The notes under the pieces: model-generated | Told to the model about the DNA's origin: nothing | What the model saw: only the letters and a program-made list of their open reading frames with translations | Databases searched by the model: none | Shown: in pieces, positions 63,691 through 64,000 of the stretch | Layout: every line of letters begins with the position of its first letter | Numbering within the stretch: position 1 is the first letter of the stretch | Source: Octopus sinensis | Taxonomy: Eukaryota | Assembly (NCBI RefSeq): GCF_006345805.1 | Contig: NC_043012.1 | Span: forward strand, 24,800,001-24,864,000 | Direction of reading: 5' to 3' | Length of the DNA stretch: 64,000 nt | Made by a program: the position numbers and the translations under genes

Positions 63691-64000
63691 GATATTCATT
63701 TATACAGAGAGTGAGAGAGAGTGTGGTAAATATATATATATAGATAGAAGGAAGTTTACAATAAGAAAAGCGTAAATGAAAGACAAACTGTTGATGCTAC
63801 AGATTCAGGTATATTGATGTACTTTTTCACGCTGAATACGGTTTTGAAATCTATTTATTCCAGAGAAATTTTAGAAAAATGTTGCAGAGGTTTAAAGATT
63901 GATAATTTTTACTCAATCAGAAAAGAAGATTTGAAAGCAAGCATTTCCTGCGTGATAGCTGTGTATAATAAAATGAAAGGAAACATTCATCATCATTGTT

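Overview
Repeat-saturated, AT-rich animal genomic DNA, most likely cephalopod/octopus. This is inferred from CORE-type and other tRNA-derived SINE families, TTAGGG repeats and very high microsatellite load. There is one 100-N scaffold gap (32573-32672). I recognise no host protein-coding gene; nearly all long ORFs in the track are microsatellite translations. The real coding remnants are decayed transposons: R4/Dong-like, HERO-like, Tx1/L1-like, RTE-like and an unresolved APE-type LINE, Penelope-like elements (RT-thumb and GIY-YIG), and a TIR-to-TIR mariner. Non-autonomous Helitrons, MITEs and at least four SINE families are also present. The most striking hidden layer is hammerhead ribozyme (HHR) motifs from five different sequence families. 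The best candidate for a new system is a 494-bp element in a (TA)n tract at 4280-4773. It is 1.38 copies of a 357-bp unit with near-identical 137-bp terminal redundancy, and its minus-strand RNA folds into a long rod capped by a full-size type I HHR. This is the architecture expected of a genomic copy of a small self-cleaving circular RNA (retrozyme-like). Several Penelope-associated fold-back palindromes are also present. All ribozyme calls come from manual base-pairing, not computed folding or assays.
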